NCBI GenBank assembly: GCA_043744615.1
Contig: JAYTUJ010000030.1
Coordinates: 1,329-65,328 of the forward strand
Source of the DNA: a bacterium
GTDB lineage: Bacteria; Patescibacteriota; Minisyncoccia; Phycocordibacterales; CAIRYW01
Direction: 5' to 3'
DNA: 64,000 nt
Positions 1 to 8,865 of this stretch are shown here, piece by piece. The number at the start of each line of letters is the position of its first letter. Position 1 is the stretch's first letter. The notes beneath the pieces were generated by a model, which saw only the letters and a program-made list of their open reading frames with translations, was not told the DNA's origin and searched no databases. A program made the position numbers and the translations under genes.

Positions 1-378
1 CGCTAACTTTTTTAGATTTTCTTTTTCAGTTTCTGCTGCAATCATCAATATCATAAAACCGAAATCAAGAGACCATAATGGAAAAGCAGAAATAAAAGGA
101 ATTGCTTTTCCAATCATTATTCCAATACCTACAAGGAGTAATTTAATAATTATCTTTCCTTTAAATAGTTTTTTTCTATTTAAAAATGAGACACCTGTGT
201 ATAAAGTACTCATTCCTAGATCAATAAGCCAGTCCATAATTTCACCTATTCCAATTAAATCTAAAATTGGTGAAAGTATGAGTTGAACAAGATCAACACA
301 GCAGATAAAAATCATAAATATCATCCAAATTGGATGTTCCCCAATAAATTTTAAGATTTTTGCAAAAGCATCTAACAT
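1..378 (-). CDS. Partial multi-TM membrane protein, start-coupled to the VirB4 stop, continues past the window edge. T4SS-associated by position (PrgK/PrgL slot).
   Basis: Hand translation of the reverse strand from the ATG at 376-378 is open through position 1. It shows three or more hydrophobic helices. The VirB4 stop (380-382) lies 1 nt from this ATG. Confidence 0.45.
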   Translation of the reverse strand, partial: MLDAFAKILKFIGEHPIWMIFMIFICCVDLVQLILSPILDLIGIGEIMDWLIDLGMSTLYTGVSFLNRKKLFKGKIIIKLLLVGIGIMIGKAIPFISAFPLWSLDFGFMILMIAAETEKENLKKLA

Positions 379-379
379 A

Positions 380-2251
380 TTACATACTTTCTAACTCCTT
401 TTTTGCTTTTTGAATCGCTAATACTTGTGAAGGGTCTGAGGTAATAATTTGATCTTCGGTGTATGAAGCAATAACTTTGAGGGCTACGTGTTTTGATCCC
501 GCAAAAAAGATACCTTCCCCTACTCCTGATTCGAGTAATAAGAATTTTTCTTCATCGGTGAGGTTAAATGTTTTTTGTACAGCATCAATTGATGACGGAG
601 ACTGTTTAAGTAAAATTTGAATTGATGAGTTGGTAATAATCGGTACACCGTATGGTGAACTCATAAAGTCTTCAACGTCTTGGGTGATTGTTGCTAAACC
701 AAGATAATATTTTCGACATCGTTTTGCTAAACCAAGCAAAAACGAAGCGGTGTCTTCTGATTTCATCATCCACCAAGCCTCGTCGATAACAAGTAATCGC
801 TTGCGAAGTTTTTCTCGGATTGCATTCCAGATGTAATGCATAACAATATACATCGCCACAGGTTTGAGTTCGTCTTCCATGTCTCGTACTGAAAACACAA
901 TGAATTTTGCATTAATGTTTACGTTTGTTGGTTTGTTAATAAACCCTGCCCACGTACCTTTTGTATACTTTGTCATTTTTTGTGACAATGATTCAGCTCC
1001 TTCCATTCCAGAAAGAACCATTTCAAAGTCAGATAATAATGGTGGTTCTACGTTTGAAAAATCAGAGTCGGGAGTAATATCTTTAAGTGCGTATGTTTCA
1101 CTAATTGCTCGGTCGATGATTGCATCTTCTTCGGGAGAAAGCCCTCCAAGCATAAGTCGAAACAAGCCAACAAGATTAATAATGTTTGAACGTAATACAT
1201 CTGAAGCAGATTCGTCTTCACGAGCTTTTGGTAGATCAAACGGGTTAATGTGGTGTTCAGACGTTAAAGAAATATTAAAGTATCGCCCCCCTGTTGCTTC
1301 AGCCATGTATTCATATTCTCGTTCGGGGTCGATTACAATTACATCAGTTTCAAACATGAGTGTTCGAAGAATTTCGAGCTTTGTCATATATGATTTTCCA
1401 GAACCTGCTTTAGCAAATGTTACTGAGTTGTAGTTTTCAAGTGAAAATCGATCAAACAAAATCAAACTTGAGTTGTGTCGGTTGATTCCATACAAAATTC
1501 CTTTGTCTGAAGTAAGGTCAAACGATACGAATGGAAACAAACTTGAAAGCGGCGAAGAGTTTAGTTTTGAGTGTACTAAAAGTTCATCGTTTCCTAATGG
1601 AATAATACTTCTGAATGCCTGTTCTTGTTGAAACAGTGCAGGTTTTACATACACTAATTTTGCTTCAAGAATTGATTTAATTTCAGATTCTATTTTATCA
1701 AGCTCTGCATCGTTTTCACCGTAAATAGAAATGTATAAACCAACATCAAATATTTTTTCTTGAGCTTGTTGTAAGTTGTCTCGTAAACTTTCGAGATCTT
1801 GATATGCAGTATCGAGCATCGGGTCTCGTACCATACCTTTACTTTCTCGGTCGGCAATTTGGCTTTGTACCTCGGCAACCTTTTTTTGAAACGTTCGTAA
1901 AATATCAGACGTATCAATTGGATGGATAAAAATCGAAACATCAAAAACTTTGTCGAGGTTAATAATCGGGGAGAACCAGTTTTCAGAAAGGAAACGAGGA
2001 TATGAGATAACAAAAAATGATCGCACAATTTTGTCGCCAAGATTCAGTGATCGAGGAGTAACTTTTAATGCTGATGGAGCAATGATATCGCGGAGCTCTA
2101 AGTTTGCAGCACTATAAATTTCTTGTGGCAAAATAGAAGTAACCCCTTGCTGTGGTGCAGTGTTTTTGTTTCCTCCTCCAAATAATGTATTAAATATTCC
2201 CATATTATTTTGCAAAGTTACCCATAATGTTTGCTGGCTTATCGATTTCAC
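380..2251 (-). CDS. virB4: VirB4/PrgJ/TcpF-family type IV secretion ATPase
   Basis: Walker A is GSGKSY and Walker B is LLVIDEAWW. The N-terminal IAPSALK motif is typical of Gram-positive VirB4 homologues. The called start is a GTG; an in-frame ATG at 2201-2203 sits 1 nt after the upstream ORF's stop. Confidence 0.85.
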   Translation of the reverse strand: MKSISQQTLWVTLQNNMGIFNTLFGGGNKNTAPQQGVTSILPQEIYSAANLELRDIIAPSALKVTPRSLNLGDKIVRSFFVISYPRFLSENWFSPIINLDKVFDVSIFIHPIDTSDILRTFQKKVAEVQSQIADRESKGMVRDPMLDTAYQDLESLRDNLQQAQEKIFDVGLYISIYGENDAELDKIESEIKSILEAKLVYVKPALFQQEQAFRSIIPLGNDELLVHSKLNSSPLSSLFPFVSFDLTSDKGILYGINRHNSSLILFDRFSLENYNSVTFAKAGSGKSYMTKLEILRTLMFETDVIVIDPEREYEYMAEATGGRYFNISLTSEHHINPFDLPKAREDESASDVLRSNIINLVGLFRLMLGGLSPEEDAIIDRAISETYALKDITPDSDFSNVEPPLLSDFEMVLSGMEGAESLSQKMTKYTKGTWAGFINKPTNVNINAKFIVFSVRDMEDELKPVAMYIVMHYIWNAIREKLRKRLLVIDEAWWMMKSEDTASFLLGLAKRCRKYYLGLATITQDVEDFMSSPYGVPIITNSSIQILLKQSPSSIDAVQKTFNLTDEEKFLLLESGVGEGIFFAGSKHVALKVIASYTEDQIITSDPSQVLAIQKAKKELESM

Positions 2252-2846
2252 CCGGATTAAATAATTTATAGAAAAGTTCTACAAGTTCTTCGGTTCCAAG
2301 CGATACTGTTTTTATTCCCGCACTTGAAAGCCCTTGTTCTACAACGGCAACTCGTTGTTCAAGTTGGCTTCGATGTTCTTCAAATGTTTGGTTTTCTGTA
2401 ATTTTATTTTTTTTACCAATACCAAGCATGCTCCCTATTCCTTTTGATGTATCAAGTGTTGGTGGGCTATATGGTACAACAACAAAAAAAGTTTTTGTCA
2501 TAATGTTTACACTTTCGGTAAATGCTCGGATGAATTCAATATATTCTTTTGTTTGAATTCGCATTAAGTCTGTTGGTTGTGCTTTATAACGATCTTCAAG
2601 TAAAAGTAAATATGGTTTTATATCAAGTCGTCGTGACTGCATAAAAATTTGAACAGAAAAGTTAAGAGAGTTTAAAAAGTTTTGAAATTGCAAAATAATT
2701 GCTGTTTGCTCGTCACCACTTTTGAGTGCAAAGTTAAGTGACGAGGTCATTACAAGTCCTCGCATTGAGCCATCTTTTAAAATTAAGATGCCGTCACGGA
2801 CTTCTTTGATTGGAACGAATTCTTGTGTAGGAGCTGAGTTTGCCAT
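2205..2846 (-). CDS. Hypothetical cytoplasmic protein, translationally coupled to virB4
   Basis: 213-aa ORF. Its stop at 2205-2207 is followed by 1 nt and then the virB4 ATG. No recognisable motif. Confidence 0.5.
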   Translation of the reverse strand: MANSAPTQEFVPIKEVRDGILILKDGSMRGLVMTSSLNFALKSGDEQTAIILQFQNFLNSLNFSVQIFMQSRRLDIKPYLLLLEDRYKAQPTDLMRIQTKEYIEFIRAFTESVNIMTKTFFVVVPYSPPTLDTSKGIGSMLGIGKKNKITENQTFEEHRSQLEQRVAVVEQGLSSAGIKTVSLGTEELVELFYKLFNPGEIDKPANIMGNFAK

Positions 2847-2858
2847 GTATGTATTGTA

Positions 2859-3338
2859 CTAGATTGTAAACGAGTCTGAAACATGGTCTTCCTCACCCTG
2901 TCTAAAACTTTTTCGAGTATTATTACGACTGCTTATTGATTCATTAATATCTAAACTCCACGTAAGGTCGCGTAATTTTGAATCATTTAATTTAGGAACA
3001 AACACTGGTTGTTCATTTGAATTAACAGCACCCATTTGGGTTTGGCTGTTAGTTATTTGCTTTTTCTCCCAGACATATAATTTTTTCCCAAGTGCGTATT
3101 TGATGATGTCATCAACACTTTCTAAAAAAGGTTTTTTGGGATTAACTCGATAAAAAGCAAGTGCTCCTGAAAAAGCACCAACAGGTAACATTAAAATTAG
3201 TGCAACTGGTAATGGTAAAAATTTATAGAGGGTATAACAGATTCCCCCGCCACCGACAATATAAATAAATTGTTTGAGTGTAAATGGCCCAAATATTTTA
3301 TCTTCGATTTCAATAAATTGAGGAACTTGATATCGCAT
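2859..3338 (-). CDS. PrgI-family (VirB3-like) small membrane protein
   Basis: The N-terminal pattern YQVPQFIEIEDKIFGPFTLKQFIYI followed by two hydrophobic helices matches the PrgI/VirB3-like family. The position between the VirB6-like gene and virB4 fits MPF-FATA gene order. Confidence 0.55.
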   Translation of the reverse strand: MRYQVPQFIEIEDKIFGPFTLKQFIYIVGGGGICYTLYKFLPLPVALILMLPVGAFSGALAFYRVNPKKPFLESVDDIIKYALGKKLYVWEKKQITNSQTQMGAVNSNEQPVFVPKLNDSKLRDLTWSLDINESISSRNNTRKSFRQGEEDHVSDSFTI

Positions 3339-3375
3339 GCGTGCTTTTATTTTAGCACATTTTTTGCCGATTAAT

Positions 3376-4161
3376 TTAGTTTATCGGTTCTCGGTACGGG
3401 TCACTGTGTTTAGCGGGCTCCGCAGAAAATTTATTTGCTTTTAAATTTTCTGCTACTACGTTTGAAGTTGGATTGTTTATCGAAACTCCAGAGACAACAG
3501 ATTTTTTTGTTTTATCAGCAAGAAAATCTTTCGTAAAACCAATTGGGGCCATTGATGTGGGCGATGCGATTGATGTTGTCGGTGCAGGCATACTCGATTG
3601 TGCTGGTTCCGTTTCGGTAAATTCTATCACTGGGATTGGTTTTGCAATGGCTGGTTTTATAAGATTAACACTTGAAGCAACCGCAGCAGAAAAAGTTGGT
3701 ACGTTTTTAATCACCGCACCTGTTTTGAAGGGTTGTTCTATTTCTTTGAGTACATCGTTTCTTGTTAGGTCACTATGATCTTCTTCTGCGTGAGGGTCGT
3801 ACTCAGAAACATCATATGCATTTTTTGTCTTTTCACCTTTTTCACCATACAAATCAATCATTTTTTGCTTGATCGGTTTGAATATTTTTTCATCAATGTC
3901 GTGAACAATTTGATCAGCAATATTTTTTTCAATCCCAATTTCTTTGCAAATCATATGTGAGAATTCATTTCCAGGAATGAAACCCATCATCACGTCGATA
4001 GTCATATTAATTAACTGACCTTCTGAATCGATGTGGAGTTTGTGGGCTGTGCCTATTTCATGAATCTTTTCCCAATTTTCATCCGTACTAATTACATCCT
4101 GCACTTCTTGCGGAAGTTTGTTAAAAGTAGCTCTATATTTTTTTCCTGTTATAAATTGCAT
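3376..4161 (-). CDS. Hypothetical soluble protein within the T4SS-like operon
   Basis: 261-aa ORF with no TM segment. The C-terminus is low-complexity and Pro/Ser/Thr-rich. Confidence 0.5.
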   Translation of the reverse strand: MQFITGKKYRATFNKLPQEVQDVISTDENWEKIHEIGTAHKLHIDSEGQLINMTIDVMMGFIPGNEFSHMICKEIGIEKNIADQIVHDIDEKIFKPIKQKMIDLYGEKGEKTKNAYDVSEYDPHAEEDHSDLTRNDVLKEIEQPFKTGAVIKNVPTFSAAVASSVNLIKPAIAKPIPVIEFTETEPAQSSMPAPTTSIASPTSMAPIGFTKDFLADKTKKSVVSGVSINNPTSNVVAENLKANKFSAEPAKHSDPYREPIN

Positions 4162-4171
4162 ATTAATTATG

Positions 4172-7100
4172 TTAAGGAGTTATTATTGATGATTTTGAAC
4201 TTTCTGAAGCAGCTTTAATTTTTTCACGAGCAGTAGTTGTTAATTTATCAGCAGAATGTCCGCTCAATCCAATAAACCTACCGTCTCCGTTGTCTGCAAA
4301 TTTTTCAGCCTTTGAATAATGAACAGATTCTTTGTTAATTGTATCTTTTAGATTATCTATTTCACCTTTGATAAATCCTTTTTCCACATCAGTTTTTGTA
4401 CCCTTTGTACTCTCTAACTCGTCCTCTTTTTTAATTAAGAGTGTTACATTTTTGTCCAAAGATTCTTTTTGATTTTTTAATTTTTCTTTAAAAAGATTTG
4501 CAACAGTATCAAAATCATCTTCTTGCAGTTTTTTAGAACTGATTAAACTTTTTAATAATTCAGGAGTCATACGATCTTGAAAAGCAGCACCATGATTTTT
4601 AATAAGATCGGAAAGAGTTTCTTTGTTTAGTCCGCCCAACTGAGCATCGTTTAATGTAGTTAATTGAGTTTTAACAGCACTAGATTTTTCTGCAGGAGTG
4701 GTTGTCGTTGAGTCTAGAATATGCTGTGTTTCGGTTTGATGGTACGATAAATGACCTTCTTTTGCACGGTTTCTTTCTTGGGTTACTGCGTCCGAAGTTT
4801 TAAAATATTGAGTTTCTTTCCCTGTAATAGGATCTTTCGGTTTTGCCATTGCTGTAAGTGAGCCCTTTTTCTCAAAATAATTGTCTTGAACAGCTTGTTC
4901 TTTTGGTGAAAGGCCTTCATATATTCTTTTTGCTCGGTCGTACGAGGTAGGATCTTTTTTATCCTCAGCAAGTTTCTTTAAGTGCGAAGCAAGTTTTTCG
5001 GGTTTATTTCTAACTTCTCTTGCATACGCATCATCATTTTTCTCAAGCATTTCAGTTTTTGCTTTTAGACTTTGAACAAAAGGTAAGCCTCCTGTTGAGT
5101 TTCCGTGTGAGTCAACCCCAGCCTTGCCCCCCAGACTAAATTCTGTAGCAGCATGAGTCAGAGCGATTTGTTTTCTTGCCCACTTACCTCGCCAAGTATC
5201 CTGAGTCGCCTGTCTTTTTAGTTCCTCCCCCTCTTCACTATTTTCAAGTCTGTGTTCTGCATTATGAGCAAACTGATTCCATTTTTTTTGTGGATATGCT
5301 AATACAGCACCTTTTGCAAAATTAGTCCCTTTACTTCGCATTTTTGCAAATAATGCAGCAGAATTTTCAGCACCGCTTATTCCAAGACGTTTACTGATAG
5401 TCACTGAAAATATAAGCATGGTAATGAGAATTATAAAGTTCAAGACCACACCCAACGCACTTGTTTTTGGTGTATCGCTAAAGGCAGAAGAAAAAGCGGT
5501 AAGTCCTAAACCGTCTTTAAAAGTAGGATCATTAGCTATCCGCAACACTACCCAGATCATGATCAAAAATGCAGGGGCATAAATAGCATTATTAATTAAA
5601 GACTTTTTCCATTCATTACTCATTTCTTCTCCACCCGGAAGTATTGGTGCGACAAACGCAAGTGGAGACAGTATTAAAAGACCAATAAAAGTTACAAATC
5701 TTCCGATAAAAGTAAGGGTTACCGCAAGCATGACAATTGTAAAAAAGAATGCAAATATAATACCCATTGCAAAAAGTAAAAATGGATGTTCGCTTCGAGC
5801 AAAATTACGCCCCGGATCAGCGTCTACTGCATTAGGTGTTTTACCATCAGCATAAAAAGATTGTATACGAACTATCGATAATAGAGCCGTCCCTAGTTTA
5901 CTTTGTGTAATATTTGCTTTTGTATCACCATCTTGAAATGTTATATGACTATAAAATTCAGTTGCAACAATGTTTGATGCATCAATAATTGCTTTGGTAA
6001 AAAATAGACTAAAGTTTATTAACAGCGCTGCAATAATTAGCTTGCTGATTAACTGTTTTACGTTGTATGTATGTAGTTGAAGAATGGTTCCGATTGATGC
6101 ATAAATAAGTGCAAAGATAAAAAAAATGTTTGAGAGATCTCTAAAAGTTTTCCATGCGTCATTAATGACGGTCATGCGTTTTATCTGATCACTCATATTT
6201 AAAACCGTTTTGTCAAAAACTAAATCAAATAGACTTGCTATCCAACCAGCAAGCCACATAAATGCAAACATTATGTAGTAGAGTCCTTGAGTAACACAGT
6301 TAATTAAATGGAAATTCAAAGGATTAAGACTACAAGTACCATCGTCACCAACAGTTCTTCCATTCTGGATTTTAGACAAATCTTTAGGATTTAGTGTTGT
6401 ATTCGCTAATTCCTTATTAGCAGAAGCTTCTTGATTGCGTGTATTTGTTGCAATACCTAATAGCTTTGCAAGTTGAGGTTGATTGTTTATACTACCATCC
6501 CCTCTTTTTTCTGCGGGATTAGTAAAATAAGCACTATTACTATCGTTTTTCCATATCCAGGTTGTTCCATAGTTTGACATGTTTCCATCGCTATACACTG
6601 TTCGTAGATCGTATGCTCCACAGCCATGTTCTTCAGCAGGATTAAATCGAACAAGCCATACTCCTGTTACAAAATCGTCCGCAGAATTTGGTTTTTGATC
6701 GGTTCCTGGGTTATATCGAATTATGTAAGTTTCACTTTTTGTACTATTTTGCAGAGGAACACTTATAAAGTATTCTGCTCTACCGTTTACTAAGGTAGCT
6801 GTGTTCAACTCTATTTTTGTATTTACTTGTTTTGTTGTAGCGTTTAAATCTTTTACATTCCAAAAAATTTGTCCATCAACTGCAGTCCCTCCTCCTGCTC
6901 CTACAAAACTACTTTCACTCTGGTTTTCTTGAGATATAGATATTCTTTTCGCCGCATCTAAATTTACAGAGGTCTGACCGTTTGTCCCATCAGAATATCC
7001 TTTATTACCATAAGTTGCGGTACATTGTTGAGGTGTGTAAAGAGTGTGGTATTGAGGGTCGTTATCATTTGCAATTATTGAAGCTTTAGTATAATCCGCA

Positions 7101-7189
7101 ACAAAAAACTGCCCCACAAACAGCACAGACAAAAAAATCGCTGAAAGCAGTTTGTGTTTTTTTGTTTTTTTGTTGCGTGGTGTGAACAT
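4172..7189 (-). CDS. VirB6/TrbL-like polytopic membrane protein, with a signal peptide, a ~270-aa ectodomain and a ~400-aa hydrophilic coiled-coil tail
   Basis: Signal/anchor at the N-terminus, then 5-7 hydrophobic helices around aa 300-620 typical of VirB6/PrgH/TcpH. A long K/E/T-rich C-terminal region follows. Confidence 0.6.
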   Translation of the reverse strand: MFTPRNKKTKKHKLLSAIFLSVLFVGQFFVADYTKASIIANDNDPQYHTLYTPQQCTATYGNKGYSDGTNGQTSVNLDAAKRISISQENQSESSFVGAGGGTAVDGQIFWNVKDLNATTKQVNTKIELNTATLVNGRAEYFISVPLQNSTKSETYIIRYNPGTDQKPNSADDFVTGVWLVRFNPAEEHGCGAYDLRTVYSDGNMSNYGTTWIWKNDSNSAYFTNPAEKRGDGSINNQPQLAKLLGIATNTRNQEASANKELANTTLNPKDLSKIQNGRTVGDDGTCSLNPLNFHLINCVTQGLYYIMFAFMWLAGWIASLFDLVFDKTVLNMSDQIKRMTVINDAWKTFRDLSNIFFIFALIYASIGTILQLHTYNVKQLISKLIIAALLINFSLFFTKAIIDASNIVATEFYSHITFQDGDTKANITQSKLGTALLSIVRIQSFYADGKTPNAVDADPGRNFARSEHPFLLFAMGIIFAFFFTIVMLAVTLTFIGRFVTFIGLLILSPLAFVAPILPGGEEMSNEWKKSLINNAIYAPAFLIMIWVVLRIANDPTFKDGLGLTAFSSAFSDTPKTSALGVVLNFIILITMLIFSVTISKRLGISGAENSAALFAKMRSKGTNFAKGAVLAYPQKKWNQFAHNAEHRLENSEEGEELKRQATQDTWRGKWARKQIALTHAATEFSLGGKAGVDSHGNSTGGLPFVQSLKAKTEMLEKNDDAYAREVRNKPEKLASHLKKLAEDKKDPTSYDRAKRIYEGLSPKEQAVQDNYFEKKGSLTAMAKPKDPITGKETQYFKTSDAVTQERNRAKEGHLSYHQTETQHILDSTTTTPAEKSSAVKTQLTTLNDAQLGGLNKETLSDLIKNHGAAFQDRMTPELLKSLISSKKLQEDDFDTVANLFKEKLKNQKESLDKNVTLLIKKEDELESTKGTKTDVEKGFIKGEIDNLKDTINKESVHYSKAEKFADNGDGRFIGLSGHSADKLTTTAREKIKAASESSKSSIITP

Positions 7190-7226
7190 CTTTAATCTTT
7201 GTTTTTAATCTCCACTACTCTTTTAT

Positions 7227-8858
7227 TTACCGTGTTCCTCTTTGACGGGTTGTTGTGGCTCCTCGGTTTCGTGTTGTTGTGCTGTTTGTATTACCACTTG
7301 TGCCATCATTACTATTTGCGTAATTTTGAGTACTACCACTACTGTCATTATTTAAAACTTTGTTAAGCGCAAGTTTTACAAGTTCGTTAACAAGAGCACT
7401 TACGACTTGGTCAAATTGATTTGCTAACACTAGGCGATTTTCACCAAGGTTTAATCGATTTTCAACTTTTCCTTGGATAAGTTTACCAGGAGTTGTTACT
7501 TTACAAGGTTCTGTTGCTTTGCCGTTTACAATCGGTCCCTCACATTCTTTAAAGTCCATAAAACCGTTACCAATTTGACGTTCTGTTTGTGCAGAATTAT
7601 TTTGTTTTGCAATTCGTGCTTGCATTTCTTCTTGGGCCTGGTACTTTGCACCATAGTAGTTGTTATTTGGTTGAATTGTTTGAAAGAATCCGTCCATTCC
7701 CCCTTTGCTAAAGTCACCATTTGTAAATTGTTGGTAGTTTTGAGTATTTTGCATGTATGGGCTTAGTGTACAGCCTGACCGTTGTGAATATCCCGAGTTA
7801 TAGTTTACTTTATTTTGTTGATATTGCTGACCTAGGTTATTTTGATTATTTGTGCTTGTTCCTGTATGTACGTTTCCACCACCACCAGTCATACTGCTAC
7901 CGGTCATGTTATTGCTGTAACTATTTAAAAGTCCAAGTTGTACGTCGGTTCTGAAGGGTTGGCAGACCGTATTGCCTTGCCCGATTTCTTGTATAAAAGC
8001 TCCTGCGTTTCGGTCGGCAAGGTTTTGAAAATATTTATCAGGGTTTTCTAAAAAGGCTGGGTTACCATTAAATCCTGATTTAACCCATTCAATTGTGCTT
8101 TGTGCAATATATGTAATCAGGGCGTTTACGATACAGTACCCTACTGAGTCCCAACTGATTCCTGTTGGAATACCGAATACAACAAGACCCGTTTCTTTTG
8201 CATTCAGTGATTTTGGAGCAACAGGAACTTGAGGGTCGGTTTCACTACTAAATAATGAACCGATAAGGTTTCCCGCAATAGTCAAAGCTGCTCGCGCAAC
8301 TGCTTGTCCTAAAATTCCACCAATACATGCACCCGCGGCACCAACACCCGCGGTCTTTGCTGACCGTTGTTGAGTCGTACTCCCATTACCTGTTTGTGCT
8401 AATGAGTTCGCACGTTGATTTACTTGCGCAGCATTTGCTTTTTGAGCTGCCGCCTGTGCCTGGGTGTTTTTAGCATCGGCAGCTTTTTGTTGTGCAGTTT
8501 TTGTTTGATTTGAAGAGTTTTTATTTATGTTATAGTCGTCGGGATTTAATGTTTGTTTAGAAGAAGTTTTTATTAAATTTCCATTTGCATCGTAGGTATA
8601 ATCTGGATTTTGTTGAGAATTAACCTGTTCTTGTTGGTTTGTGTTTCCAAAAGTGTACCCTCCTTCGTTATTTGGATCTTGTGCACTTCCTGCATCAGCA
8701 CCAGCCTGTTGCTGCTGAGCCTCATCACCACTTGTATCTAAAATTATAGCCGCAAAAGTTTGTAATGGAAATGCAAAAAATACTTGAGAAAGCACCATCA
8801 CTAAAAAAAGAAGACTTGATGTTGTTTTTAGTGTGTGTGAATAAAATGTTTTCTTCAT
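7227..8858 (-). CDS. Secreted Gln/Asn/Ser/Thr-rich protein with a central Gly/Ala hydrophobic segment
   Basis: N-terminal signal peptide. Q/N-rich low complexity flanks a GVGAAGACIGGILGQAVARAALTIAGNLIGSLF segment. Confidence 0.55.
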   Translation of the reverse strand: MKKTFYSHTLKTTSSLLFLVMVLSQVFFAFPLQTFAAIILDTSGDEAQQQQAGADAGSAQDPNNEGGYTFGNTNQQEQVNSQQNPDYTYDANGNLIKTSSKQTLNPDDYNINKNSSNQTKTAQQKAADAKNTQAQAAAQKANAAQVNQRANSLAQTGNGSTTQQRSAKTAGVGAAGACIGGILGQAVARAALTIAGNLIGSLFSSETDPQVPVAPKSLNAKETGLVVFGIPTGISWDSVGYCIVNALITYIAQSTIEWVKSGFNGNPAFLENPDKYFQNLADRNAGAFIQEIGQGNTVCQPFRTDVQLGLLNSYSNNMTGSSMTGGGGNVHTGTSTNNQNNLGQQYQQNKVNYNSGYSQRSGCTLSPYMQNTQNYQQFTNGDFSKGGMDGFFQTIQPNNNYYGAKYQAQEEMQARIAKQNNSAQTERQIGNGFMDFKECEGPIVNGKATEPCKVTTPGKLIQGKVENRLNLGENRLVLANQFDQVVSALVNELVKLALNKVLNNDSSGSTQNYANSNDGTSGNTNSTTTRNRGATTTRQRGTR

Positions 8859-8865
8859 ATAAAAT

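Noticed and set aside
2205-2846. The 213-aa ORF as a frameshifted N-terminal fragment of VirB4 (pseudogene)
   Set aside because: The downstream ORF already carries the VirB4 N-terminal IAPSALK-type motif and both P-loop motifs, so it looks complete. The stop-1nt-ATG junction looks like ordinary translational coupling. Kept as a low-probability alternative.
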